Origin: Roseivirga sp.
Lineage (GTDB): Bacteria; Bacteroidota; Bacteroidia; Cytophagales; Cyclobacteriaceae
Assembly: GCA_965230105.1 (NCBI GenBank)
Contig: CBDDKG010000005.1
Location: forward strand, 188,489 to 252,488
Direction: 5' to 3'
DNA length: 64,000 nucleotides
The notes under the pieces are model-generated. The model did not search any database. It saw nothing but the letters and a program-made list of their open reading frames with translations, and was not told the origin of the DNA. A program made the position numbers and the translations under genes. Shown in pieces: positions 10,499 to 20,722 of the stretch; position 1 is the first letter of the stretch, and each line of letters opens with the position of its first letter.

Positions 10499-13492
10499 AT
10501 GACAGATTTTAAGAAGATCAACAATCTTACCGGCTGGGGAGTTTTTCTCGTTTCTTTGGTCACATACATACTGACTATTGAAGAAACGGCCAGTTTTTGG
10601 GATAGCGGGGAGTTCATTGCCATAGCCTACAAGCTTGAAGTATCGCATCCTCCTGGGGCTCCTTTGTTCATGTTGATTGGTCGTTTGTTCTCATTCCTTG
10701 CGTTTGGAGATGTTACTGATGTGGCCTTTTGGATAAATATGTCCAGTGCTGTGGCCTCGGCATTTACCATACTTTTCTTGTACTGGTCGATCGTCATGTT
10801 GGGTAGAAAATTGGTTGATGCCAAAATTGGTGAGGAGACTGATTATCAAAAAATATTGCTCGCTGGAGCAGGGGCGGTAGGCGCCTTAGCATTTACTTTT
10901 AGTGATTCTTTCTGGTTTTCAGCTGTAGAAGGTGAGGTTTATGCTTTGTCGTCTTTCTTTACTGCGGTTGTTTTCTGGGCTATTCTGAAGTGGGAATTGG
11001 TTCAGGACGAAAGCAAGGCTAACCGTTGGCTGATATTCATTGCCTACATGCTGGGACTGTCAACAGGTATCCACTTGTTAGGGCTTGTAACACTACCTGC
11101 GCTGGGCTTGATTTATTACTTTAAGAAGTATGAAAACCCAACTTGGGTGGGAGGACTAATAGCCATTGTTGCAAGTTTAGGACTGATCGTTTTAGTTAAT
11201 AGCATTATCATTCCTGGGCTGCCGACTTTGGCAGGTAAGTTCGAGATTACCTTTGTGAATACATTTGGGTTGCCGTTTGGTTCGGGTGCCCTTTTCCTTA
11301 CCCTGGCTGTAATTGCAGGTATTATTTTCGGCTTACGCTATACTGTTAAGAAGGATTGGGTAAATCTCAACACATTGATTCTATCAGTCGCTTTTATCCT
11401 GATTGGATATACTTGTTATGCAGTAATTCTGATTAGATCAAGGGCTGATCCGCCAATTGATCAAAACAATCCTGAGGATGTAATGACTTTCGTTTCTTAT
11501 CTAAAAAGGGAGCAATACGGAAGCCGTCCACTGTTGACAGGACAATATTATAATGCTCCTCAAATCAGTGCTAGTCAGGGAGCCCCTGTTTACTACAAGG
11601 CTGAGGATAGTTACAAAATTGCTGATTATAAAACAGAGGTTGAATACGACCCTGAGTATACCACTTTCCTTCCGAGGATGTGGAGTGCAAACCCTGGTCA
11701 TCCGGAGACTTATATGGCAAAGACTGGACTAAGGCCTGGTGAAAAACCAAGCTTTGGTGATAATCTATACTTTATGTTCACTCATCAGATTGGGCATATG
11801 TACCTCAGATATTTCATGTTCAATTTCTCGGGTAGGGAAAGCGACATTCAAGATGCGAGTTGGTTAGGGCCACTTGCCAGTAATGAAGATGTACCTGAAA
11901 CCATTAGGAACAATAAGGGTAGAAACCAATATTTTATGATCCCGCTTTTACTCGGGTTGGTTGGTTTCTTCTTTCAATTCAATAAGGATCCAAAGCGTTT
12001 TTCAGCTACCCTTATGCTATTCATTCTCACAGGATTGGCTTTGGTCATCTATCTGAACTCACCACCAGTGGAGCCACGTGAAAGAGACTATATATATGTA
12101 GGTTCATACTATGTGTTTGCTTTCTGGATTGGGTTCTCTGTGTTGGCCATTGGTAATGCCTTTGCGGCAAAGGGAAGAAAGTCCATGGTCATTGGAGCCA
12201 TCGCAGTTGGTATGTTGGCACCTATCATTATGGCCTCAGAAAACTGGGACGATCATGATCGATCAGGTAGGTACTTGTCGGTTGATTCGGCAAGAAACTT
12301 CCTAGCGTCCTGTGCACCTAATGCTATTCTATTTACTGGTGGTGATAATGACACCTTCCCGCTCTGGTATTTACAAGAAGTAGAGGGTTTTAGAACAGAC
12401 GTCAGAGTTGTGGTGCTGAGTTATTACCAAACGTCTTGGTATGTGGATCAGACTGCCACTAAGATGAATGACTCCGAAGGTTTTCCTTACTCTTTAACTA
12501 ATGACAATTATCGAGATGGAACCAATGATGTCCTGTACATTGACGAGAATGGTCCATACAAGGGGCGTGTAATTGACCTTGAAGATTACATTGATGTTAT
12601 CAAGAGAGATGTTGATAGTTTTAAAGCCACTTTTCAATCAGGTAATCGATTGATGTCAGTTCCGACAGGGGTAGGTTTGAATTTGAATGTTGATACTGCA
12701 GCGGTATTGAACAAAGGTTTGATTCCGGATAACCTGAGGAAGTACGTCACACCGTCTATGTTCTTTCAGTTCAATCGCAATCAAAATGGAGATCTATCCA
12801 GCAGGTTTTTGGATAAGGGACAAATGATGATGCTCGACCTGATTGCTAATAACAATTGGGAAAGGCCTATCTACTTTAACTATACTTCAGTTAACTCAAT
12901 AAACTTCAATGTGAACCCTTACTTGGTACAAGAAGGAATGGCATACAGGTTATTGCCAGTTAGAAAGCCCGCTAATGTGCGAGATCTGGTTAATACAGAG
13001 GTTATGTATGACAACATTAAGAACGAGATGCGTTTCAGAGGCCTTGATAATCCAAAGGCGAATTTGAATGAAGATTATAGAGGGTTTGTACAAAACCATA
13101 GGTCTATGATCACGAGCCTGTCAGACGCATTCGTTACGGAAGGTGATACAGTTAGGGCGAAAGAGATGCTTGATTTTGGGATGGAAAAAATGCCTATAGA
13201 AGCGGTACCATATGATATTTCTTCTATTGGTTTTGTGCAAGGGTATTTTGATATCGGTGAAACCGAAAAGGCAACCAATATGGCCATGGAAATCGCCAAT
13301 CAGTTCGATAGTGAAGTGACCTATCTGCAAAAGAATGGAAGATATAACAGAGAGTTTTCCATCAAATCTAGAGGTCTACGATTCATTGAAGCCTTGCTCA
13401 CTGGTAATGGGAAGACGGCCGAAGCTGATACAGTTCGTCAGATGTTAAATGCCCAAAATGTAAGATTGGGAATGGACAGAAGCGACTTCTAG
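10499..13492 (+). CDS. DUF2723 / TMEM260-like GT-C glycosyltransferase (GT117)
   Basis: FWDSGEFIA..YKLEVSHPPGAPLF, FWFSAVEGEVYA, ERDY and FT.GDNDTFPLWY.QEVEG.R.DVRV motifs; many TM helices. Confidence 0.85.
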   Translation: MTDFKKINNLTGWGVFLVSLVTYILTIEETASFWDSGEFIAIAYKLEVSHPPGAPLFMLIGRLFSFLAFGDVTDVAFWINMSSAVASAFTILFLYWSIVMLGRKLVDAKIGEETDYQKILLAGAGAVGALAFTFSDSFWFSAVEGEVYALSSFFTAVVFWAILKWELVQDESKANRWLIFIAYMLGLSTGIHLLGLVTLPALGLIYYFKKYENPTWVGGLIAIVASLGLIVLVNSIIIPGLPTLAGKFEITFVNTFGLPFGSGALFLTLAVIAGIIFGLRYTVKKDWVNLNTLILSVAFILIGYTCYAVILIRSRADPPIDQNNPEDVMTFVSYLKREQYGSRPLLTGQYYNAPQISASQGAPVYYKAEDSYKIADYKTEVEYDPEYTTFLPRMWSANPGHPETYMAKTGLRPGEKPSFGDNLYFMFTHQIGHMYLRYFMFNFSGRESDIQDASWLGPLASNEDVPETIRNNKGRNQYFMIPLLLGLVGFFFQFNKDPKRFSATLMLFILTGLALVIYLNSPPVEPRERDYIYVGSYYVFAFWIGFSVLAIGNAFAAKGRKSMVIGAIAVGMLAPIIMASENWDDHDRSGRYLSVDSARNFLASCAPNAILFTGGDNDTFPLWYLQEVEGFRTDVRVVVLSYYQTSWYVDQTATKMNDSEGFPYSLTNDNYRDGTNDVLYIDENGPYKGRVIDLEDYIDVIKRDVDSFKATFQSGNRLMSVPTGVGLNLNVDTAAVLNKGLIPDNLRKYVTPSMFFQFNRNQNGDLSSRFLDKGQMMMLDLIANNNWERPIYFNYTSVNSINFNVNPYLVQEGMAYRLLPVRKPANVRDLVNTEVMYDNIKNEMRFRGLDNPKANLNEDYRGFVQNHRSMITSLSDAFVTEGDTVRAKEMLDFGMEKMPIEAVPYDISSIGFVQGYFDIGETEKATNMAMEIANQFDSEVTYLQKNGRYNREFSIKSRGLRFIEALLTGNGKTAEADTVRQMLNAQNVRLGMDRSDF

Positions 13493-13515
13493 TCTTAAAT
13501 TGAACGAGAGAATTT

Positions 13516-13545
13516 AGGCCTGCTCAGTGAGTAGGCCTTTTATTT
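13516..13545. terminator. Terminator between the convergent DUF2723 and methyltransferase genes
   Basis: aggcctgctc-agt-gagtaggcct followed by tttattttt. Confidence 0.75.
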
Positions 13546-14313
13546 TTCCAAGATTAGGAAAAGGTCTAATGCCTCATCACCATTATCCATGAGCAAATAG
13601 TCTTCATGACTAATTTCAGAGACCAATCCAGTATTGGCTGTATTGAGTTTATTCCTGTTCATCCTGTTTAGGATGTCATAGGGAATTCTGAGGATAGGCG
13701 CGGGAAGCCTGTATTGTAGATTAAATATGTCAAAACGAGTGATGCGCTCTACCGATCGCTTATTTTCTTCATAATAAGCCATCACTTTTTCATTTCCGCC
13801 AACGCCCTTCATCTCAACTTTGTGAAAGTATTTACCAGCCAAATTAGTAAGCTCAGAAGCTGTGTATTCTCTAACATGCCACGGATTCCTACTCAATGTT
13901 TTTTTGATGTTTGGCGTGGTAAGTATGGCCTTTCCACCGGGTTTGAGTACTCTGAATATTTCGGCAAGAAAATCACCGTCTGCTTTTACATGTTCTATGA
14001 CTTGAAAACTGACAATGGTATCAAAACTGTCGTCCTCGATTTCTTTGAATGGAGGGAAAACAGCCTGCCTGAAATCTAATTCAGGATGTTTGGCCTTAAG
14101 TTTTTCAATTACTTCTTGAATTTTGTCAAGAGCCACATAGCTATCTGCCAAGGGGGCAAGTAGATCGACTCCTCGGCCTTCACCACATCCCAGTTCCAGT
14201 AAATCACCTTTTATATAAGGTTTGGCTAAATAATAGGCCTTCAACAAACGTTGATGAATTGGGTTATCCGAAGGGATACTATCAGAAGCAATTTCAGTTG
14301 TATAGGTAGCCAT
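13540..14313 (-). CDS. Class I SAM-dependent methyltransferase
   Basis: LLELGCGEGRG, FQVIEHV and LKPGG motifs. Confidence 0.9.
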   Translation of the reverse strand: MATYTTEIASDSIPSDNPIHQRLLKAYYLAKPYIKGDLLELGCGEGRGVDLLAPLADSYVALDKIQEVIEKLKAKHPELDFRQAVFPPFKEIEDDSFDTIVSFQVIEHVKADGDFLAEIFRVLKPGGKAILTTPNIKKTLSRNPWHVREYTASELTNLAGKYFHKVEMKGVGGNEKVMAYYEENKRSVERITRFDIFNLQYRLPAPILRIPYDILNRMNRNKLNTANTGLVSEISHEDYLLMDNGDEALDLFLILEK

Positions 14314-14420
14314 CCTTAAATTTTGGCCAAAAATAAGCTATTTGACTCAGAATCGATGAATTCACATAAATTTGTTCTGCTCCATTCAAATTCTATATAC
14401 CTTTAGTTAATCGTTTAATC

Positions 14421-15635
14421 ATGAAACGTATAAGCTCAATATGTATTCTGTTATTCTTGGCTTCGGGGCTAATGGCTCAAGTCAGAATGAGTTCTGCCGA
14501 AATCAGCTATCTCTATAATCAGGAGAATGAGTTTCTGGTGCAACACAAGGTGGCTTCCAATGGGGACCAAGTAAAAGTTTACCTGAGATTCATTTTAAAC
14601 AGCGGGAATGTTAAGATTTCCGATTACCGAATCTCATATGACCTACGGGCAAGTTATATAGATGAAAAAGCAGTTAACTCGTCTGTCACTATAGATTCAG
14701 CGAACGTGGTGGATATTGCCTTCAGGCAGTACGTTTATGCATTCGAATTTGAAAAGAAACCCAATGATAACCTCATTGTGATTGACTTCTATAATGCAGT
14801 ACGAGATAAACGATTTAGCCTGGATATACCATTGAAGATAAAAGAATGGACTCCGTCCTCACATCTAATCTTTCAGGCCAATAAGGACTTGCCCTATTTC
14901 GACAAATACATTAACAAGGACTTTCCGATTAGGATAGTTAACGTCTTTGATAACTCAGACAGTTTTGAAATCAATGGTGTGAATAGTAATAAGAATGTGG
15001 CAATGCCTCCATTCGATGATTCTGATATGCAGACCGCCTCGGATATCCCTTTAGATACGCTTTATGGAGTGACCAATGGCGAGGAATTTCGATTCTACAA
15101 TAACGGTTTTCATACGATCAGATCATCCTCCCGACCAGAAGATGAATTGGGTATTATAGTGACTGATGAGGTTCACCCGTATTTTGATAATTATCGGGAC
15201 CTTATGGATCCTTTGATTTATGTGAGTACCAATGACGAGTTCAAGGATATGCAGGCGGCAACTGATGGTCGCGAGGCATTTGAAGCCTTTGTGAGCAATA
15301 CCATTTCTTCCAACGAGCAAATCGGTAAAGACTTTATTAAGTATTATTATAGGCGAGTTAGAAAATCGGCACGCCTTTTTTCTGAAAATCAAGCTGGCTG
15401 GAAAACAGACCGAGGTATGATCTATCAAGTATTTGGCAACCCCTCCCAAGTATTTAGAAATGAAAGCACTGAGCTATGGGTTTATCCTTCGAACACCGGA
15501 GGCCGTTTGAAATATATCTTTGACATAGTAGTCGAAGATGGTATTACTAAATACAAATTGATCAGAGATAAGCGGTACAGAGAGAACTGGATGCGGGCAG
15601 TCACACAGTGGAGGTCTGGCAGAATAATAGAATAA
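14421..15635 (+). CDS. GWxTD domain-containing exported protein
   Basis: Signal peptide; YYRRV...F...AGWKTDRGMIYQVFGNP. Confidence 0.85.
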   Translation: MKRISSICILLFLASGLMAQVRMSSAEISYLYNQENEFLVQHKVASNGDQVKVYLRFILNSGNVKISDYRISYDLRASYIDEKAVNSSVTIDSANVVDIAFRQYVYAFEFEKKPNDNLIVIDFYNAVRDKRFSLDIPLKIKEWTPSSHLIFQANKDLPYFDKYINKDFPIRIVNVFDNSDSFEINGVNSNKNVAMPPFDDSDMQTASDIPLDTLYGVTNGEEFRFYNNGFHTIRSSSRPEDELGIIVTDEVHPYFDNYRDLMDPLIYVSTNDEFKDMQAATDGREAFEAFVSNTISSNEQIGKDFIKYYYRRVRKSARLFSENQAGWKTDRGMIYQVFGNPSQVFRNESTELWVYPSNTGGRLKYIFDIVVEDGITKYKLIRDKRYRENWMRAVTQWRSGRIIE

Positions 15636-16382
15636 ATGCAATCAAACTCATCTTCAGACTTCATTTATGGCACACGTGCTATCATAGAAGCGATTGAATC
15701 AGGTAAAGAAGTAGACAAGTTGTTTGTTCAAAAAGACGTTCGAAATGAGCTGTCTTCAGAACTCCTCAAACTATGCAGAGACTTGTCGGTTCCTGTACAA
15801 AGAGTACCTGTTGAGAAGCTAAACCGAATTACTCGAAAGAACCATCAGGGTGCAGTTGCCTATCTGTCTTCTGTCAGTTTTGCCTCACTCGATAATTTAA
15901 TTTCTGAAGCCTATGGTAAAGGAGAAAATCCCTTATTCATTATGCTTGACAGGGTGACAGATGTTAGGAATTTCGGTGCTATTGCCAGGACAGCCGAATG
16001 TGCCGGTGTTCATGGAATTATTGTGCCAAGTAGAGGAACTGCTCAAATTGGCTCGGATGCAATGAAAACTTCTGCCGGGGCACTCAATTACATACCCATT
16101 TGTCGGGCAGAAAACCTCAAGTTGACCATTAAAGACCTACAAGAAAATGGTATTCAGATAGTGGCATGTTCTGAGAAAGCTACTGAGACCATCTATGAAA
16201 AGGATTTTTCGGTACCTGTAGTCTTGTTAATGGGTTCAGAGGAAGATGGTATTTCACCCGAGTACTTAAAGCTTTGTGATGATCATGCGAAACTACCTAT
16301 CACAGGCAACATAGAATCTCTAAACGTTTCAGTGGCAACAGGTATAATCGCTTATGAGGCAGTAAGGCAAAGGGCTAAGTAA
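15636..16382 (+). CDS. rlmB: 23S rRNA Gm2251 2'-O-methyltransferase (TrmH/SpoU family)
   Basis: NHQGAVA, LDRVTDVRNFGAIARTAE, GSEEDG and IESLNVSVATGI motifs. Confidence 0.9.
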   Translation: MQSNSSSDFIYGTRAIIEAIESGKEVDKLFVQKDVRNELSSELLKLCRDLSVPVQRVPVEKLNRITRKNHQGAVAYLSSVSFASLDNLISEAYGKGENPLFIMLDRVTDVRNFGAIARTAECAGVHGIIVPSRGTAQIGSDAMKTSAGALNYIPICRAENLKLTIKDLQENGIQIVACSEKATETIYEKDFSVPVVLLMGSEEDGISPEYLKLCDDHAKLPITGNIESLNVSVATGIIAYEAVRQRAK

Positions 16383-17445
16383 ACTGTTCGCCTTTACTCT
16401 TGGCATCACTTAAGAACTCACGAAACTTCTTCTCCGCATCCTTCTTACAAATGAGGATGACGTTATCCGATTTTGTAACGAGATAGCCATCCAAGTCTTG
16501 CGCTACAATTAACATATCGTCAGGACCTTTAACCAAGCAATTCTTGGTGTCATATAAGAGGGCATTGCCCTGAATTACATTATTGGCATCATCCTTTTCC
16601 CTGATTTCGTGTAAGGAATCCCAACTGCCCAAGTCTGACCAATCAAATTTGCCCTTCACCATATAGACATCGGATGCTTTTTCCATAATGCCGTAGTCAA
16701 TTGAAATGCTCTTGCATTGCGAATAAGCCTTATCAATAAAAGCCTGCTCTTGATCGGTGTAGTACTTTTGAGCTCCTTCCTCAAAGATCACAGCCATGTC
16801 TTTCAAATACTCATGGAAAGCCTTTGTGATCGTTTCGATGGACCAAATAAAGATGCCAGCGTTCCAGACAAAATCACCACTGTCCACAAATTTTTTAGCA
16901 AGTTCTAATTCAGGCTTTTCAGTAAATGTCTTCACCTTTTTGACCTTTTTTAGTGGGCTGGAGTGGTATTGAATATAGCCATAACCCGTTTCCGGACGAG
17001 AAGGTACAATACCTAGGGTGATTAGTTTTTCCGAGCCTTTGGCTGCTTTCACAGCTGTATTGACATTTTCTTGAAAGACTTTCTCTTTGAAAACCACATG
17101 ATCCGATGGCGCCACAATCATTACGCCTTCAGGGTCTCGCTGTTTAATCTTAAATGCGGGATACCCCACAGCTGCTGAGGTGTTGCGTCCTATGGGTTCA
17201 AGGAGTATTTGATCATCACTCAGATCTGGCAATTGCTCTTTTACCAAATCTCTGTAACGAGCATTGGTCACTATATAAATCTTATCACTTGAAGCAATAT
17301 TTAAAAAGCGATCATAGGTCATTTGAATTAGTGACCTACCCGTGCCGAGCACGTCCAGAAATTGTTTTGGTCTTTCAGCACGGCTATAAGGCCAAAACCT
17401 ACTGCCGATTCCTCCGGCCATTATGACTACATAATTATTTGCCAT
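16375..17445 (-). CDS. manC: Mannose-1-phosphate guanylyltransferase (single domain)
   Basis: IMAGGIGSRFWPYSR..RPKQFL, GRNT, ETGYGYI, FTEKP, SIDYGIMEK and WSDLGSW motifs. Confidence 0.92.
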   Translation of the reverse strand: MANNYVVIMAGGIGSRFWPYSRAERPKQFLDVLGTGRSLIQMTYDRFLNIASSDKIYIVTNARYRDLVKEQLPDLSDDQILLEPIGRNTSAAVGYPAFKIKQRDPEGVMIVAPSDHVVFKEKVFQENVNTAVKAAKGSEKLITLGIVPSRPETGYGYIQYHSSPLKKVKKVKTFTEKPELELAKKFVDSGDFVWNAGIFIWSIETITKAFHEYLKDMAVIFEEGAQKYYTDQEQAFIDKAYSQCKSISIDYGIMEKASDVYMVKGKFDWSDLGSWDSLHEIREKDDANNVIQGNALLYDTKNCLVKGPDDMLIVAQDLDGYLVTKSDNVILICKKDAEKKFREFLSDAKSKGEQFT

Positions 17446-17446
17446 T

Positions 17447-18424
17447 CTAAATAATTCCTTCGTTGATTAAATCGCTTATGTGTAGGAAACCTACTACCTT
17501 CTGGTTGTCAATAATGATTAATTGATTGATGTCGTGCTCGCGCATTTCATTCAAAGCTCTAATCGCGTACTCCCCCTTTTTAATGGTTTTAGGATTATGG
17601 GTCATTACCTGACTTATTTTCAATGCTGAAAAATCATCATGTTTCTCCAGCATTCTCCTCAAATCTCCATCTGTGAATATTCCCACCAACTCTTCTCTGT
17701 CATTTACAACGGCCGCTGCACCAAGACGTTTCTTTGAAATGGTCAAAATGCTCTCTTTTACCAAATCGGTTTCTTGCACGATCGGTAATTCATTCTTGGG
17801 ATAGATATCATCTACTTTCAGGTATAACCGTTTGCCCAAGGCACCTCCAGGATGAAACTTGGCAAAATCTTGAGCTGTAAAGCCTCTTGCTTCCAGCAAA
17901 CTGACCGCCAGGGCATCGCCCATGGCCATATGAACGGTAGTACTTGTTGTAGGGGCCAGATTATTAGGATCTGCCTCTTCACTCACTATTGCCTTCAAGA
18001 CATGGTCAACATGCTTTGCTACAAAGCAATCTTCGTTACTGACCAGCCCAATAGTTTTTGCTCCTGTCTGTTTTAAGAGCGGAACGAGCAATTTGATTTC
18101 TTCAGTATTTCCGCTTTTTGAAATACACATTACTACATCATCTGGCTGGATAATACCCAAGTCACCATGAATTGCATCTGCAGCATGCATGAATATGGAA
18201 GGAGTACCGGTTGAATTTAAAGTGGCGACTATCTTATTTGCGATGATAGCACTCTTACCGATACCTGTGACCACCAAACGGCCTTTCATATTCAGTATTT
18301 CGAGTACAGTCTGCTCAAAATCCTCATCGATATACTCGATTACATTCTTAATTGCCTCAGCTTCCTTGAGAAGCGTTTTCTTGGCTATTGTTTGAATATT
18401 TTTCTGTAACTTCAATTCAGTCAC
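17447..18424 (-). CDS. kdsD: KpsF/GutQ family arabinose-5-phosphate isomerase (SIS + CBS domains)
   Basis: GIGKSAIIA, HGDLG, SKSGNT, APTTST and HPGGALGKRL motifs; CBS pair. Confidence 0.92.
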   Translation of the reverse strand: MTELKLQKNIQTIAKKTLLKEAEAIKNVIEYIDEDFEQTVLEILNMKGRLVVTGIGKSAIIANKIVATLNSTGTPSIFMHAADAIHGDLGIIQPDDVVMCISKSGNTEEIKLLVPLLKQTGAKTIGLVSNEDCFVAKHVDHVLKAIVSEEADPNNLAPTTSTTVHMAMGDALAVSLLEARGFTAQDFAKFHPGGALGKRLYLKVDDIYPKNELPIVQETDLVKESILTISKKRLGAAAVVNDREELVGIFTDGDLRRMLEKHDDFSALKISQVMTHNPKTIKKGEYAIRALNEMREHDINQLIIIDNQKVVGFLHISDLINEGII

Positions 18425-18487
18425 TTTTTAAAAGTCCGAGCAAAGATAAGCATTGGACTTTATCCTTTTTAGGTTGGCCAAATTAAT

Positions 18488-20692
18488 ATGATAAGTGTAG
18501 AAGAAATCCGAGGGACCCTCAAGAAAGTCTTCGGTTACGACAAATTCAGAGGCAATCAAGAAAAAATAATCCAGAATGTACTAGAAGGCAAAAACACTTT
18601 TGTCATTATGCCCACAGGGGCAGGCAAGTCTATGTGCTACCAAATGCCTGCCATAATGCAGTCAGGGACCGCGATTGTTATTTCCCCTCTTATCGCCCTG
18701 ATGAAAAATCAGGTGGATCAGCTAAATGCCTTCGGGATAAACGCCAGGTTCTTAAACTCAACGCTCTCAAAGTCGGAAATCAACAAAATAAAAAAGGCTA
18801 CACTCGAGGGTGAAGTGAAACTCCTTTATGTTGCTCCCGAGTCCTTGACCAAGGAGGAGAATGTGGAGTTTTTAAAACAAGCAGACATCTCTTTTGCTGC
18901 TATAGATGAAGCCCATTGTATTTCAGAATGGGGACATGATTTTCGTCCGGAATATAGACGGATCAAATCAATTATCGCTCAGGTGGGTGATATACCGATC
19001 ATTGCTTTAACGGCCACTGCTACACCCAAAGTCCAGCTCGATATTCAGCGTAATTTGAATATGGAAGATGCCGATCTATTCAAGTCTTCCTTTAACAGGG
19101 AGAATCTCTATTATGAGGTGAGGCCAAAGAAAAATGTCAAGAAGCAATTGGTAAAGTTCATACGGGAGAACAGTGGGAAATCGGGAATTATTTATTGTCT
19201 GAGTAGGAAAAAGGTCGAAGAAATAGCGGGATTTTTACAAGTCAATGGGATAAAAGCAGCCCCATATCATGCAGGTTTCGAGCCTTCTGTTCGGATGAAA
19301 AACCAAGACGATTTTCTAAATGAAGAAGTTGATGTGATTGTCGCAACGATCGCCTTTGGTATGGGTATCGATAAGCCGGATGTGCGCTTTGTAATACACT
19401 ATGATGTGCCAAAGTCATTAGAAGGCTATTATCAGGAGACTGGAAGAGCTGGACGTGATGGTTTAGAAGGTCAGTGCGTCATGTTCTACAAATACGAGGA
19501 TATTCTCAAACTGGAAAAGTTCAATAAGGATAAACCAGTTACTGAAAGAGAGAATGCCAAGGTGCTACTTGATGAAATGTCTTCCTATGCTGAGTCTGCT
19601 GTCTGTCGTAGAAAACAGTTGCTACATTACTTCGGTGAGGAATATGATGATACGGCTTGTCGTGAATCAGGTCTGTGCGACAACTGCCGCTATGAGAGAG
19701 AGAGTTTCGATGGAAAAAGTGAAATCGTTACAGTCATAAAGACAGTAAAGCAGACGGAAGAAAGATTTGGAACTACCCACCTGGTAAGCGTTATCAGAGG
19801 TTCTCAGAATCAATACGTCAAGAGCTATGGGCATGACCAACTCGAAGTCTATGGAGCTGGTAAGGATCAAGATGAGCATTACTGGAAATCTCTGGTTCGT
19901 CAAACACTACTCAATGAATTCCTGCAAAAAGACATTGAAAACATCGGTGTACTCAAATTGACCGAGAAAGGTGAGGATTTTATTAAGAAGCCTCATAGCG
20001 TTGATATTATCAAAGACTTAGACTTTAGTGATGTCGATAAAAAAGAGGATGAGAACAATGAATCGCAAGGTTCTTCTCCAATTCACATTGGGGATTCTTA
20101 TGACAAAGAGTTATTCGAGTTGCTGAAGATCGAGAGAAAACGAATTGCCAGAGACCGAGATTTGCCACCATATGTAATTGTCCAAGACCCATCACTTCAG
20201 GAGATGGCAACCACTTATCCGACTACCGCAGAGGCATTAGCAAATGTCAATGGTATTGGCATGGGTAAGGTGCAGAAGTTTGGGCAGAGCTTTTTGGAGC
20301 TAATTAAGCAATATGTAGAAGACAATGATATCGGTATTGAAGATGTTGTTGTGATTAAAACGGCAGGCTCAAAGTCAAAGAACAAAATCTATATCATTCA
20401 GCAGATTGATCGTAAAATTGACTTAGAAGAAGTGGCTGAGGGCCAGAATTGGTCTTTGAGTGAGTTGATTGATGAGATGGAAATCATCTGTTTTGCTGGT
20501 ACTAAATTGAACATCGACTATTATCTGGAGCATGTTTTGGACGAAGAAAGGCAGGAAGACATCATGGACTATTTCCTCAATGCCGATTCTGATGACATTG
20601 ATGAAGCGCTAGATGAATTCGAAGATGAAGATATTGCTGAAGAGGATATGCGATTGATGCGGATTAAATTCATCTCTGAATACGCAAATTAA
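18488..20692 (+). CDS. recQ: ATP-dependent DNA helicase RecQ
   Basis: MPTGAGKSMCYQ, IDEAHCISEWGHDFRPEY, QETGRAGRDG, Zn/RQC and HRDC domains. Confidence 0.97.
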   Translation: MISVEEIRGTLKKVFGYDKFRGNQEKIIQNVLEGKNTFVIMPTGAGKSMCYQMPAIMQSGTAIVISPLIALMKNQVDQLNAFGINARFLNSTLSKSEINKIKKATLEGEVKLLYVAPESLTKEENVEFLKQADISFAAIDEAHCISEWGHDFRPEYRRIKSIIAQVGDIPIIALTATATPKVQLDIQRNLNMEDADLFKSSFNRENLYYEVRPKKNVKKQLVKFIRENSGKSGIIYCLSRKKVEEIAGFLQVNGIKAAPYHAGFEPSVRMKNQDDFLNEEVDVIVATIAFGMGIDKPDVRFVIHYDVPKSLEGYYQETGRAGRDGLEGQCVMFYKYEDILKLEKFNKDKPVTERENAKVLLDEMSSYAESAVCRRKQLLHYFGEEYDDTACRESGLCDNCRYERESFDGKSEIVTVIKTVKQTEERFGTTHLVSVIRGSQNQYVKSYGHDQLEVYGAGKDQDEHYWKSLVRQTLLNEFLQKDIENIGVLKLTEKGEDFIKKPHSVDIIKDLDFSDVDKKEDENNESQGSSPIHIGDSYDKELFELLKIERKRIARDRDLPPYVIVQDPSLQEMATTYPTTAEALANVNGIGMGKVQKFGQSFLELIKQYVEDNDIGIEDVVVIKTAGSKSKNKIYIIQQIDRKIDLEEVAEGQNWSLSELIDEMEIICFAGTKLNIDYYLEHVLDEERQEDIMDYFLNADSDDIDEALDEFEDEDIAEEDMRLMRIKFISEYAN

Positions 20693-20722
20693 TTACCTTT
20701 ATCCCTTAAAATTTTTGACTTC

